Under the pieces are notes generated by a model. The model did no database searches, was not told the DNA's origin, and saw nothing but the letters and a program-made list of their open reading frames with translations. Below, piece by piece: positions 40,250 through 55,279 of a stretch of DNA of 64,000 nt (its first letter is position 1; every line of letters starts with the position of its first letter). Source of the stretch: the human T2T-CHM13v2.0 reference genome, Homo sapiens; NCBI RefSeq assembly GCF_009914755.1, contig NC_060926.1, one strand, 5' to 3'. Position numbers and translations under genes: made by a program.

Positions 40250-40600
40250 CACAGTGGTTGGGCATGTGGGCTTGGGATGTAGACCAGAAAAAAAAAATAT
40301 TCTCTAAGTCCATATGGTCTTGAGCAAATTAATTATGCTCTCTGTGCCTCAATTTTCACATGGATAAAATGCAGATAAGAATACTGCCTTTGTTATAGAT
40401 TTGTTGCAATGACTAAATACTATTAAATGCTTGGCTTCCTGGGTTCAAATTAAAGCCCTTGGATATGTATTTATAATTTTGGCAAATTACTCGACCTCTC
40501 TTTGTCTTGATTTCTCAAGCATAAATAGAAATTGTACCTGTGTATAGTGTTATTAGAAAAATTAAATGAGTTAAAAGTTTCCAAAATCCTATAACACATT
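40250..40600 (+). mobile_element. Two adjacent MIR relics
   Basis: CTTGAGCAAATT..CTCTCTGTGCCTCAATTTT and TGGCAAATTACTCGACCTCTC...ATTAAATGAGTTAA are MIR cores. Confidence 0.6.
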
Positions 40601-40675
40601 GTTATGTTCATATATGTAAATTCATAATGTACTTTCACATAATGTACTTTCACTTTTAGCCAAACTCTTCTAATT

Positions 40676-40678
<3 letters not shown>

Positions 40679-40713
<35 letters not shown>
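40679..40713. repeat. (AC)n microsatellite
   Basis: Read directly. Confidence 0.95.
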
Positions 40714-40716
<3 letters not shown>

Positions 40717-41989
40717 CATTCTTTATTTTGCTTGTATTTTTAAAAAATTTCATTGAAGACTTCCTCTGACACCTCTGTCTATAAAAGGCTTCTTCATGAG
40801 GCTTTTTTTGGGTCCTGTATTGATGTCCTGATCTGCCCACCAATCATGATTTCTCTCTTTTTTTAGGATGTTAGCCACGTGTTGTTTTTTCACAGTAATG
40901 CCCTTTCCATGAACTCATTGACTTATTTAAGCATGATTCCTCATTAATGGAGACCTATTTTTTGCAGACACTAAGCTTTTGTTATATAAATACTTTATAA
41001 AAAATTTGTAACTATAGTGAAAAATCAACAAGATGACAGATTATGAAGCTTGGCCCTTGATCACCAAAGGAAAAACAAAAACTAAGAATGGCTAAAGTAA
41101 TTTTACAAAAGCTATGGAAATCAGTCAAAGATATGCATCAACCAGGCAAATGCCCAATCCAGTAAAAGACACCTCCAAATAGTAGGAAATTTCATGGCAT
41201 TTTTACTTAGCTTTACTCCACTCCTTCCCTGGCGTGGGAAAATCTTGAAGAAGCAGGCTAATTCTTGGTTCCTTTTCTCAGACAGGAAAGAAGCAGAGCA
41301 GCGTGCATTTCCAAAAGTCTAACCTTTCTGTAAAGTGGCCACCAGAGGACAAGTTTTTGTTTTGCCTGACTGGGAACTCAGATGGGGAAAGGTGACATAG
41401 CTTGGATCTCAGGCCAAGAAAGGCCACAGAGGAAGTAGAAAATGCTGTGATATGTAAACATCATGGAGAAAACATTAGACTCTGGAGTTAGACTTTGGAA
41501 AATGAAAAGCATCTTCTCCATGACTTGAGTGTCATATTGTAATTCTCTACTTGAAACTACCTGTCCTAGGCATATGAAGATTTTTAGGTCCATTTTGTTT
41601 TCATATATCACCACATATGGCATCTGTTACTTCCATTATGACCTTTCTCAATTTTAAAACTACTGTCTTTAAATAGGCTTAAAGAGCTAAAGAAAAACAT
41701 GTACAAAAAAAATAAATAAATCATGAAAATGACATATGAAGACAATGAGAATATTAACAAAGAGAGTTATCATTTAAGAAATAGAAATTCTGGAGCTGAA
41801 AAGTATAATAGCAAAATTGAAAATGATATTATGAGAGGTTCAACAGTAGATTTAAATAAGCAGAAGAAATAATCAGCAAACCTGAGGACAGAACAATTGA
41901 AATTGTTGACTGAGAGCAGAAATAAAAGTGGATGGAAAATGTAAACAGAGCCTAAAGAACTTGTGAGACAGCATTAAGCAGACCAATTA

Positions 41990-42498
41990 TGTTGGGGGCA
42001 AGCCCCCCCAAATCTGGCCATAAACTGTCCCCAAAACTGGCCATAAACAAAATCTCTGTGGCACTGTAACATGTTCATAATGGCCCTAATGCCCAAGCTG
42101 GAAGGTTGTGGGTTTGCAGAAATGAGGGCAAGGAACAGCTGGCCCCAGGGCGGAAAATCGCTTAAAGGTATTCTTAAGCCACAAACCAAAGCATAAGCAA
42201 TCTGTGTCTTAAGGGCATGTTCCTGCTGCAGTAACTAGCCCAACCTATTCCTTTAATTCTGCCCATCCCTTCGTTTCCCATAAGGGATACTTTTAGTTAA
42301 TCGAATATCTATGGAAACAATGCTAACGACTGGCTGGCTGTTAATAAATATGTGGGTAAACATCTGTTCAGGACTCTTAGCTCTGAAGGCTGTGAGACCC
42401 CTGATTTCCCACTTCACATCTCTATGTTTCTGTGTGTGTGTCTTTAATTCCTCTAGCGCCACTGGGTTAGGGTCTCCCCGACCAAGCTGATTTTGGCA
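41990..42498 (+). mobile_element. MER9 solo LTR (HERV-K HML-3 group)
   Basis: TGTTGGGG..CCCCCCAAATCTGGCCATAAACTG.CCCCAAAACTGGCCATAAACAAAATCTCTG...GGCA. Perfect 6-bp TSD CAATTA (41984-41989, 42499-42504). Confidence 0.9.
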
Positions 42499-43570
42499 CA
42501 ATTATGCATTATGAGAGTCTTGGAGGAAGATAAGGGAGAGAAAGAGGCAGAGAAATTCTTGGAAAAAATAATGGCTAAAAATGTCCTGAATTTGAGGAAT
42601 GGCATATATCTACATACAAGAAGCTTAATAAAAACCAATAAGATAAACTGAAAAAACCCACACCAAGCCACGTTATAATCAAACTGTCAAAAGCCAAACA
42701 CAAAGAGAGAATCTTGAAAGCAGCAAGAGAATTGTGACTTGTCACTTAAAAGGGGTTTTGAAGTGGGTTACCAGCAGATTTGTCAGCAGGAAACTTTGTG
42801 GTCAGAAGGCAGTGGGAATATATATTTAAAGTAGAAAAAGGAACAAAGTAAACCTGTAAAACAGAAATTTTAGGTCTGTCAAAACTGACCATCAAAGATG
42901 AAGGGGAAATCAAGGTATTTCAAGAGAAACAAAAGTTGAGAGTATTTATTGCTGCTACACTTGCCCTATTAAAAATGCTAGTGTCTGTAAGCTAAAATAA
43001 AATAAGTAACAGTTACTTAAAGTCAGATGAAAAAATATAGTTATCTGTTAAAGGTACATACATGGACAAATATGAAAACTAGTATTATTTTGATTTTGGT
43101 TTGTAACTCCACTTTTTTATTTTCTACAGAATTTTAAAGGCAAATGCATAAACAAAGTTTGAATCTATGAGAATGAGGTCAAAATATATATAATGTAATT
43201 TGTGACATCAATAATGTAAAGTAACAGAGGAATTAGTCTGTAAGCAGGTAGAATTTTTGTATGCAATTGAAGTTAACTTGGTGTTAATTTAAAATAGATT
43301 ATTAAAACGTGAGAAAGTTATATGAAATCCACATGTTAACCACAAAGAATACATGTCTAGAATGTTTGTAAAAGAGATGAGAAGGAGATCCAAATTTGTC
43401 ACTATGTTTTTTAAACAAAAAGTAAGGCAGTAATATTAATAGAAAAGAGAACAAAACTGAAAGACATGCACCAAACAAACAAAAAATAGCAAAAGTAAGT
43501 TATTCCCTATTAGCATTTACTTTAAATGTAAATGATTTAAATCTTTCAATGACAAGAAATAAACAGAAAG

Positions 43571-43845
43571 AATCGCAGCACTTTGGGATGCTGAGGCAGG
43601 CGGATGATGAGTTCAAAAGATCGAGACCATCTTGGTTAACATGGTGAAACCCCATCTTTACTAAAAATAAAAAAAATTAGCTGGGCATGGTGGTGTGCTC
43701 CTGTTGTCTCAACTACTTGGGAGGCTGAAGCAGGAGAATCGCTTGAACCTAGGAGGTGGAGGGTGCATTAAGCCAAGATTGTGCCATTGCACTCCAGCCT
43801 GGCAATAGGGCAAGACTCCATCTCAAAAGAAAAAAAAAAAAAAGA
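43571..43845 (+). mobile_element. AluS (Sc-like) lacking the first ~25 nt
   Basis: Starts AATCGCAGCACTTTGGG, has AGATCGAGACCATC and an A tail. Confidence 0.92.
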
Positions 43846-44724
43846 AAAGAAAAAACATGATTCAAATATATGCTGCCTCATTTTAGATCTAAGAACATGC
43901 ATTAATTGAAAGTAAAAAGGTGAAAAAATATATACCTTCCATCAATATATTAACTAAAAGAGGGGAGGGATAGCTAATATTGGACAAATAGATTTTAATT
44001 TAAAAACTATAAAAGGACCTAAAGAAGGAAATTATATAGAAATAAAAGTGTAGATTCACCAAGAAGATATATAACAAGTAAAAACATACATGTACCAAGT
44101 ATTAGGGTTTTCAAATATATGAAGCAAATAATGAAGGGATAAATTATTCCACAATGATGGAAGATAATTTCAATATTCTACTTTTAAAAATGTGGCTAGA
44201 ACAATCAGACAGAATATAATTAAGGAAATAGAGGAGTTTAATAACACTATAACCAATTGGAAATAACAGCATTCAACAAAATTCAATACCTTTCCCTGAT
44301 AAAATCAGCCATATGTTGGGATAGAAGGAAGTTCCTCAACAAGATAAAGTCAATATTTGAAAAAGCCTCAACTAATATTACATTCAATGTTGAAAGATGA
44401 TAGCTTTTCCCCAAAGATTAGGAAAAAAAAAGGTATCTGCTTTTTCCATTTTTTCAACATAGTAGTAGGAGGGCTAGTCAGAGAAATCAGGCCAAAAAAA
44501 AAAAAAAAAAAAAAGAAAATCCAAATTTTGAAGAAATAAGTAAAATTTTCTGTTTTCAAGTGACATAATCTTATATATGTAGAAAGCCCTAAAGACATTA
44601 CATAAAAAGAAAATTGTTATAACTAATAAATGAATTCTGAAAAGATACAGGATACAAAATGAATGTATCAAAAGAAGTTGGCACTTTATATGCTAACAAT
44701 AAACAACCTGAAAAGGAAAGAACA

Positions 44725-47700
44725 GGTGGGGCCACGATGGCTGACTAGAAGCAGTGGCAGTCGAAGGCTCCTCCTGAAAAGAACCAAAACTGCATGCAAA
44801 TCCTGCACTGACAACCGAGGTATTGAGGCTCTATCATCAGGACTGACGAGGCAGCTGATGTGACTCACAGAGAGCAAAAAAAAAGCAAGGTGGTTCATCG
44901 GGCCACATGGGGCAAGGGAAGCACCCTCTCCTATCTAAGGGAGATGATAAGTGACCATGCTACATAACCTGGGGACCCGTGCTTTTTCCACCGATCTGTG
45001 CAACCCACAGATCAGAAGATCCCGCTCATGAGCCCATGCCACCAGATCCTTGGGTCCTAACTACAGAAACTGCACAGATTCTCAACAGCCACTCAGCTAG
45101 AATCTGCCTAAGACTACCGAGTTCCCAGGGGGTGGGGCAGCCGACATCACTGTGGCTGCCTGCTGTCTAAGCCATCTGAGCTCCCTGGGGGAGGAGAGGC
45201 AGCCATCACTGAAGCTGGCTGTGGCAGACCCTGGCCAGACTGCCTCTTTAGGCCAGACACCCACCCATCCCTTTTTACTGGGCGGGGCCTCCCTGCAAGA
45301 ACTCCATCAACTCCAGCCAGAAGACTGGGGACAGAACTCAGATCTCCCTGGGCCTGAATCCCTAGCGGGAGGGATGGCTGTGATCTCTGTGGACCAGCAG
45401 ACTTAGTCTTTCCCCTACTAGCTCTGAAGAATCCGGGCAGCCCAGACGAGTGGGTTTACCCCTAGTGTAGCACACCCCCTCCACCTATGGGTTAGCCAAA
45501 GTACTTTGATAAATGGATCCTGATTCCCATGCCCCCAAACTGGGTGAGATACCCCAAAAAGGGGTCACCAGACACCATATGTAGGAGCATTCCTTCTGGG
45601 ATCAAGTCAGTGCCCCTCAAGGTCAGAGATCCCAGAGAAAGGAAGAGGTACCCATCTTTGCTATTTTCCAGCTTCCTCAGGTGACATCTCCAGGTGCCAG
45701 AGGGACCCAGATGAATAGAGTCTGAAGTGAACACCCAAAAAACAGCAGCAGCCCTACAGAAGAGGGATCAGGCTATTGAAAGGAAAACAAACAGAAAGCA
45801 ATAACAGCATCAATGAAAAAGTCCCCATAAATACCTTATCCAAAGGTCAGCAGCCTCAAAGATTGAAACTAGACAAACTCATGAAGATGAGAAAGAATCA
45901 ATAGAAAAATGCTGAAAACTCAAAAGGCCAGAGTGCCTCTTCTCCTTCAAGTGATCGCAACACTTCTACAGCAAAGGTACAGTACTGGGTGGAGGATGAG
46001 ATGGAAGAATTGACCTAAGTAAGCTTCAGAAGGTGTGTAAAAACAAACTTCACTGAGGCAAAGGAGCATGTACTAACCCAATGCAAAGAAGCTAAGAACT
46101 TTGATAAAAGGTTACAGGAACTGCTAACTAGAATAGCCAGTTTAAAGAGGAACATAGACAACCTGACAGAACTGAAAAACACAGCACAAGAACTTTTTGA
46201 TGCAAACACAAGAATCGATTGCCTAATTGATCAAGAAAAAGAAAGAATATCAGAGCTTGAAGACTATCTTGCTGAAATAAGGTAGGCAGGCAAGATTTAA
46301 AAAAAAGAAAAAAAAAAGATTAAAAAGGAACAAACAAAACCTCTGAGAGCTATGGAACTGTGTAAAAGACCAAACCTAAGACTGATGGGAGTACCTGAAA
46401 GAGATGAGGAGAATGGAACCAAGTTGGAAAACATACTTCAGGTTACCATCAGGAGAACTTCCCCAAACTAGAGAGACAGGCCAACATTCAAATTCAGAAA
46501 GTACAGAGAAGCCCAGTAAGATGCACTATGAGAAGATCAACCCCAAAACACAAAATCATAAGATTTTCCAAGGTTGAAATGAAGGAAAAACTGTTAAGGG
46601 CAGCCAGAGTGAAAAGCCAGATCACCTACAAAGGGAAGCCCATCAGACTAACAGTAGACCTCTCAGCAGAAACCCAACAAGCCAGAAGGGAGTGGGGGGC
46701 CAATATTCAACATACATAAAGAAAAGAATTTTCAACCCAGAATTTTATATCTGGCCAAACTAAGCTTCATAAGCGAAGGAGAAATGAAATCCTTTTCAGA
46801 CAAGCCAGTGCTGAGAGAATTTGTCACCACCAGGCCTGCTTTGCAAGAGCCCCTGAAGGAAGCACTAAATATGGAAAGGAAAAACCATTACCCCACTGCA
46901 AAAACACACTGAAATGCAAATATCAATGACACTGTGAAGAAACTGCATCAACTAGTGTGCAAAATAGCCAGCTAGCATCATGATGACAGTATAAAATTTA
47001 TACATAATAATATTAACCTTAAATGTAAATGTGCTAAATGCCCCAATTAAAAGACACAAACTGGCAAATTGGATTAAGAGCCAACACCTATTCACGTACT
47101 GTATTCAGGAGTCCCGTCTCACGTGCAAAGGCACACATAGGCTCAAGATAAAGGGATGGAGGAAAATTTACCATACAGATGGAAAGCAGAGAAAAGCAGG
47201 AGTTCCAATCCTATTTTCTGACAAAACAGACTTTAAACAAAAAAAGATCAAAAAAGACAATGAAGGGCATTATATAATGGTAAAGACTCAATTCAACAAG
47301 AAGAGCTAACTTAAATATATATGAACCCAATACAGGAGTACCCAGATTCATAAAACAAGTTCTTAGAGACCTACAATGAGACTTAGACTCCCAAGCAATA
47401 ATAGTGGGAGACTTTAACACCACACTGTCAATATCAGACAGATCATCAAGACAGAAAATTAGTAGATCTTCAGAACTTGAACTCAGCTCTGGATCATGTG
47501 AAACTAATAGATATCTACAGAATTCTCCACCCCCAAAGAATAAAATATGCATTCTTCTCAGTGCCAAATGGCACTTACTCTAAAATCAATCACATAATTG
47601 AAAGTAAAATACTCCTCAGCAAATGCAAAAGAACTGAAATCATAACAAACAGTCTCTCAGACCACAGTGCAATCAAATTAGAACTTAAGATTAAGAAACT

Positions 47701-50700
47701 CACTCAAAACCACACAACTTCATGGAAATTGAACAACCTGCTCCTGAACGACTCCCGGGTAAATAATGAAATTAGGGTAGATTTCAAGAAGTTCTTTGAA
47801 ACCAATGAAAACCAATAGAAAACATACCAGAATCTTTTGGACACAGCTAAAGCAGTATTAAGAGGTAAATTTATAGCACTAAATGCCCACATCAGAAAGC
47901 TAGAAGGATCTCAAATTGACACCCTAACATCACAACCTAAAGAACTAGAGAAGCAAGAGCAAACAAATCCAAAAGCTAGCAGAAGATAAGAAATAACTAA
48001 CATCAGAGCAGAACTGAAGGAGATAGACACATGAAAAATCCTTCAAAAAATCAATCCAGGGGCTGGTTTTTTGAAAAAATTAATAACATATACTGCTAGC
48101 TAGACTAATAAAGAAGAAAAGATAGAAGAATGAAAAAGACACAATATAAAATGATAAAAGAGGATATCACTGACCCCACAAAAATACAAACATTAATATT
48201 ATAAACTAGAACATCTAGAAGAAATGGATAAATTCCTGGACACATACACCCTCCCAAGACCAAACCAGAAAGATGTCTAATCCTTGAATAGATCAATAAC
48301 AAGTTCTAAAATTGAGACAGTAATAAATAGCCTACCAACCAAATAACAGCCCAGAACCAAATGGATTCACAGCCAAATTCTACCAGAGGTATAAAGAGGA
48401 GCCGTTACCATTCCTTCTGAAACTCTTCCAAACAATTGAAAAAGATGGACTTCTCCCTAATTCATTTGATGAGGCCAGCATCATCCTGATACTAAAACCT
48501 GGCAGAGACACAACAAAAAAAGAAAACTGTAGGCCATTATCACTAATAAACATCAATGCAAAAATCCTCAATAAAATACTGCCAAACTGAATCCAGCAAC
48601 ACATCCAAAAGCTTATCTACCAAGATCAAGTCAGCTTTATCCCTGGAATGCAAGGCTGGTTCAACATATGCAAATTAGTAAACATAATTCATGACATAAA
48701 CAGAACTAATGACAAAAACCACATAATTATCTCAATAGATGCAGAAAAGGCCTTCAATAAAATTCAACATCTCTTCATGTTAAAAACTCTCAATAAACTA
48801 GGTATTGATGGAACATAATTCAAAATACTAAGAGCCATTTATGACATACCCACAACCAATATCATACTGAATGGGCAAAAGCTGGAAGCATTCCCTTTGA
48901 AACCCAGCACAAGACAAGAATGCCCTCTCTCACCACTCCTATTCAACATAGTATTGGAAGTTCTGGCCAGGGCAATCAGGCAAGATTAACAAAAAAAGCA
49001 TATTCAAATAGGAAAAAAGGAAGTCAAATTGTCTCTCTTTGCAGAAGACATGATACTGTATCTAGAAAACCCCATTGTCCCAGCCTAAAAGCTCCTTAAG
49101 CTGATAAACAACTTCAGCAAAGTCTCAGGATACAAAATCAAAGTGCGAAAATCACAAAACATTCCTATACACCAAAAATAGACAAGCAGAAGCCAAATCA
49201 TGAATGAATTCCCATTCACAATTGTTACAAAGAGAATAAAATACCTAGGAATACAGCTAACAAGGGATGTGAAGGACCTCTTCAATGAGAACTACAAACC
49301 ACTCCTCAAGGAAATAAGAGAAGACACAAACAAATGGAAAAGCATTTCATCCTTGTGGATAGGAAGACTCAATATTGTGAAAATGGCCACACTGCCCAGC
49401 CCAAAGTAATTTATAGATTAAATGCTATTCCCATGAAACTACCACTGACATTGTTCACATAATTAGATAAATCTACTTTAAAATTCATATGGAACCAAAA
49501 AAGATCCCATATAGCCAAGACAATCCAAAGCAAAAAGAACAAAGTTTGAGGCATCACGTTACCTGACATGAAACTATACTTACAAGGCTGCAGTAACCAA
49601 AACAGCATGGTACTAGTACCAAAACAGACACATAGACCAATGGAACAGAATAGAGAGCTCAGAAAAAAGATCACACATCTACAACCATCTGATCTTCAAC
49701 AAACCTGACAAAAACAAACAATAAGGAAAGGATTCTCTATTGAATAAATGGTGCTGGGAAAACTGGCTAGCCATATGCAGAAAACTGAAACTGGATCCTT
49801 TCCTTACACCTTAAACAAAAGTTATCTCAAGATAGATTAAGACTCAAATGTAAAAACCCAAAACCTTAAAAACCGTGGAAGAAAATCAGGGCAATACCAT
49901 TCAGGATATAGGCATAGGCAGACTTCATGACAAAAATGCCAAAAGCAATTTCAACAAAAGCCAAAACTGACAAAATGGGATCTAATTAAACCAAAGAGTT
50001 TCTGTACAGAAACAGAAACTATCATCAGAGTGAACAGGCAACCTACAGAATGGGAGAAAATTTTTGCAATCTACCCATCTGATAAAGGTCCACTATGCAG
50101 AATCTACATGAAACTTAAGCAAATTTACAAGAAAAAAAAAACTCCATCAAAAAGTGGGCAAAGAACATGAACAGACACTTCTTAAAAGAAGACATTTATG
50201 TGGCCAAGAATCATATGAAAAAAAGCTCAACATCACTGATCAATAGAGAAATGCAAATCAAAACTACAATGAGGTACCATCTCATGCCAGTCAGAATGGT
50301 AATTATTAAAAAGTCAAGAAAAAGTAGATGCTGGCAAAGCTGTAGAGAAATAGAAATGCTTTTACACCATTGGTGGGAATGTAAACTACTTAAACCATTG
50401 TGAAAGAGAATCTGATGATTCCTCAAAGATCTAGAACCAGAAATACCATTTGACCCAGTAATACCATTACTAGGTGTATACCCAAAGAAATATAAATCAT
50501 TCTATTATAAAGATACATACACATGTATGTTTATTGCAGCACTAGTCACAATAGTGAAGACATAGAATCAACACAAATGCCCATCAGTGACAGACTGGAT
50601 AAAGGACATGTGTTACATATACATCCTAGAATACTATGCAGCAAAAGGAATGAGATCATGTCCTCTGCAGGGACATGGATGAAGCTGGAAGCCATTATCC

Positions 50701-50996
50701 TCAGCAAACTAACATGGGAACAGAAAACCAAACACTGCATGTTCTCACACATAAATGGGAGCTGAACAATGAGAACACATGGACATGAGGAGGAGAACAA
50801 CACACACTGGGTCTTTTTTGGGGGGTTGGGAGACAGAGAGCATCAGGATAAATAGCTAATGCATGTGGGGCTTAATACCAAGGTGATGGGTTGATAGCTG
50901 CAGCTAACTGCCATGGCATACATTTACTTATGTAACAAACTGGTATTCTCTGCACATGTACCCCGGAACTCAAAATAAAATAAAATTTAAGAAAAA
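44725..50996 (+). mobile_element. Near-full-length LINE-1 (L1PA10-12-like), inactive
   Basis: 5'UTR GGCCACGATGGCTGACTAGAAGCAG, ORF1 (RRSTPKHKIIRFSKVEMKEK), ORF2 EN (LNAPIKRH..CIQE), RT and 3'UTR. 15-bp TSD GAAAAGGAAAGAACA (44710-44724) / GAAAAGAAAAGAACA (50997-51011). Many stops. Confidence 0.95.
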
Positions 50997-52894
50997 GAAA
51001 AGAAAAGAACAAGAATAATTCTACTTACTATAGCACTAAAAAAAAAATACTTCAGAAAAAAAAAAACAATCAAAAAGCAAATGGCTTATAGACTAAAAAC
51101 TGAAAAAAAAAAAAAAAGGAAATTGCTGAAAGAAATGAAAAGAACCACCAGTAAATGGTATCAAACCCTGTGCTTACGGACTGAAATATATAATATTGTG
51201 AAAACATCAACACTACCCAAAGCGATCTACAGATTCAATGTTAAATCTATAAAAATCTCAACAAGGTTCTTACAGAAAAAAACATATTCACTCTAAAATT
51301 AATATGAAATTTCAAGGGATTCTGTATAGCTAAAAGAATGTTGAGTAAAAAGAAAAGAGTTGAAGACCTCATTTCTCCTATTTCCAAACTTACTACAAGG
51401 CTATAGTAATCAAAGTTGATTGGTACTAGAAAGAGACAGATACAGATCAATGTACTAGAACAAATAATAAAAAAATAAAGATATACATATATGGACAAAT
51501 GATTCTCTTCAAGAGTTCTAAGACCATTCAAGAGTGAAATGAGAATTGTTTTAATAATTGGTGCTGAGAAAAATCAATATGTCCATGCAGAAGATTAGGG
51601 TAGATCCTAATTTTTTACTTTACTTCACACAAAAAAAAATTAACTCAAGAGGGATTAAACACCTAAATGTAAGATCTAAAACTAAAAATTCCTTTGAAAA
51701 ACCATAGGAGAAAAGTCTCATGGCATTGGATTTGGCAGTGATTCCTTGGATCTGACACCAAAGTAACAGGCAACCAAAGTGCAAATAGAAAAATTGGACT
51801 TTATCAAAAGTTAAAATGTTTGTGCTTCAAAAGGCACTACCAACAGAATAAAATGGCAACCAACAGAACTTGAAAAAATATTTTCTATCCCACATTTAAT
51901 AAGAGATTGATGTCCAGATTATGTAGAGAACTCCTAAAACTCAACAACGAAAAACCCAAATAGCCCAATTCAAAAATAAAGAACTTGAATAGGCATTTCT
52001 CCAAAAAAGTATTTAAATGGGCAATAAGCACATGAAAAGATGTTCAACATCACCAATCATTAGGGAAATGTAAATAAAAACAAAAAAGTGAGATACCACT
52101 ACACACCCAGTAGGATGGATTGCAATTATCAAACAAAACAGACAACAAAAATAACAATAATGAAAATAACAAGTTTTGACATGGCTTGGATAAATTAGAA
52201 TGCTGTGTATTGCTGGTAGAAATGTAAAAGAGTGAAGCTGCAATGACAACTGCATGGTGGTTCCTCCTAGAATTACCCTGAGATCCAGCAATTTCACTTC
52301 TGAGCATATACCCAAAATAATTGGAAGCAGGGACCCAAATGTGAGATATTCATTCACTTGTGTTTCTAGCAGCATTATTCTCAATAGCCAAAAGATGGAA
52401 GCAAGCCTAGTGTCCACTGACAAATGAGGGGATAAACAAAATACAGTGAAGTGTTATTCAACCTTCAAATTTTTTAAATTCCAATACATGCTACAACATG
52501 AATGAATCTTGAGGAAAATACACTAAGTGAAATAAGCCAGTCTCAAATGGGCAGTGTATGATTCTCTTATATGAGGGAATTATAGAGAAGTAATATAGAC
52601 AGAAAATAGAATGGTGATTGCCAGAGGCAGGGCAAAGAGGGGAATGGAGTACAATTTTTTAATAAGTACAGTCTTTTAGTTTGGGAAGATGAAAATGTTC
52701 CAAGAATGGATATTGGCGATGGGTGCATTACAAAGTGAATGTACTTAATGCCACAAAAATATACCCTTAAAACCAGATAAAATGGTACATTTTATGTTCT
52801 GTATATTTTACCAAAAAAAAATGCAATGGCCCCAAAAGATGACTACTACAAAAGAATATTATAACCTATTAGGAGTTGCAAACTCACACACCTT

Positions 52895-53388
52895 TGTAAG
52901 AGAGGAAACATTTTCCCTCTACCTTCTTAATGTTCGATAATTGAGACTATAATATAAACTGACAGCAGGCAAATTAACAGGAGAAAAGATATACAAAGTT
53001 ATGATGTGCATGGGTACATAGCATGAAGGAAGGGTGAATATACACAAACCCAGTGAGACATAGAAGCTTATATATCCTCTTCATAGGGAAAAGCAGAGCC
53101 TGGATGTAGGCAATTTAGGGGAGAATAAACAAATTTTGGGAAAGATGAATGGGCCCTCAAAACAAATGATAGTCTATCTAGGTGTGGTGTCCTCTAGTCC
53201 CTTGAGTTAATCTTTTCTGGTTGATAAGATTCCCAGGGAGGAAGGAATTCAGGACAACTGAGCTCCTTTTGGTGGTTCTCTCTTTAGGCAGATAAGGAAA
53301 CACAGAGAAAAACTTGGCCTGACTTGGGGTTCCCAAGTGCCCTCAGCTTAAAGTGGCATATTTTGGGGTGGCATTTCCTGAACTTTCA
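52895..53388 (-). mobile_element. MER34-like ERV1 solo LTR
   Basis: TG...CA ends, perfect 4-bp TSD CCTT (52891-52894, 53389-53392). Right end AAAGTGGCATATTTTGGGGTGGCATTTCCTGAACT is the reverse complement of the start of the 9535 LTR. Confidence 0.8.
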
Positions 53389-54838
53389 CCTTCATCATGG
53401 ACTTGGTGATGGAAAGCAATAAAATAGTAAAGATGATATTAGAAATGGAGAATGGGTTTCTCACCTAACAGCATTTAAAAGGAAACAAATACACATTATA
53501 TTAGCTAAACAAGCTAAACTGTTCCACTACATTTAACTCAGAAGCCTTAAGTGTACAGTCCCTATGTAGACAAGAAAAAAAAAAGACAGGAAAAAGAAAG
53601 AGAGACAATTTGTGTGTATGTGATTAGTTGCAAAGAAAAACTACAGATATATAGCTAGCAATGACAATGCTGAATACATTCGGGGACGGACAGGAGTTCC
53701 CACAGCTGGGGAGCAAGGTTTTCCAGCCAGGCCAGGCTGTCCTATAGTGAGTGTCCTATAGGACTATCCCATCCTACTGCTCTCTGCATCTGGTCTAGTG
53801 CAGAGCCGTCATTTGCAAAGTGGTCATGTGAAATGTATATTGAATTCCCTCTGTACAATTACTTCTTGGCATCCATGCCTGATTCAATATCTTGACAGCT
53901 CATTCTGCTTCTCAGAAGTTACAGGCTAAGTTTGAAATTGACAATTTCCCAAATTGTTCTGAAATATTTTAGTGTGAGAAAGGCCCAGAATAAACCCTGC
54001 TCTGTCTTGCTCTATTCTGGGCTCGCATGGACAACTCCTTGGGGTTAATAATATGTGACATAAGGAGACATTATTCTCCACTGTTTATGGTTTAAAGGGT
54101 CATTGTGTAAAAGCAGGAAAATTAAACTCACAGTGGTAAAATTCAGTCATGAACAGAGCTGTACCATTATTCATTCAGTGCTACCATCCCTTAAGCAGAT
54201 GTTTTAGATTTAATCTGCCTATTTCTTTGTGTATTAATAAAGAAAATTATAGAACTCCATCTGCAATTGATACTTAACTACAATGCCACTTGAAATGTGC
54301 TGATTAGGCCATTGTAGTAAAGACCTTAAAAATTCTGTATCCATTTTTCTTTTTTTCTTTTCAGAGAAAAAAGGCAAATTTGCCAGTATGGCTGTTTAAA
54401 GTGATTTCCAAGAGGTGCACAAGATATCTTTCAGCCATTGCTCTTATTATCATTTTAGCAAAACAGTATGTCCCCCACTCCTCCCCACTTCACCTTGGCC
54501 ACCAGGATGAATATAAAATGAATTTTTGATTCATTTTGAATGTATTTATTTATTAGGTCCACACCTCTCTGGAGTGTGTTACATGGCTCATTTATGGGGA
54601 AAGTTCCTCTTCCCTTAACACTAAACTTACTCCATCACGTGTGTCAGAATTGTTAGGCAAACAAGAGATAGTTTGAGTTGTAGATACTGCTTTGCTTTGT
54701 GCTGAGTTCTTAGCTAGGTTTTTAGTATCATCTGCCATCCTTCCTATACTCTTAATGTCTAATTTGCTAATACTACAAATACAGTTTTTACCAATATACA
54801 GCTCTTAAAAAGGTATTCATATTTTAGATAGGGAAAAA

Positions 54839-55274
<436 letters not shown>

Positions 55275-55279
55275 CTAGA

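Larger units (their letters stand above)
41015..52822 (+). mobile_element. L1MB-type LINE-1 host (pieces ~41015-44724 and ~51012-52822), interrupted by MER9, Alu and a near-full-length L1PA
   Basis: 5'UTR/ORF1 motifs (AAATTCTGGAGCTGAAAAGTATAATA, AGAGAATCTTGAAAGCAGCAAGAGAA), ORF2 with a large EN-to-RT deletion near 44270, and an L1MB 3' end (GTGAATGTACTTAATGCCAC...TTTTATGTTCTGTATATTTTACC). Confidence 0.82.

Noticed and set aside
44725-50996. Retrotransposition-competent L1
   Set aside because: ORF1 and ORF2 are broken into fragments of at most ~115 aa by stops, frameshifts and deletions.
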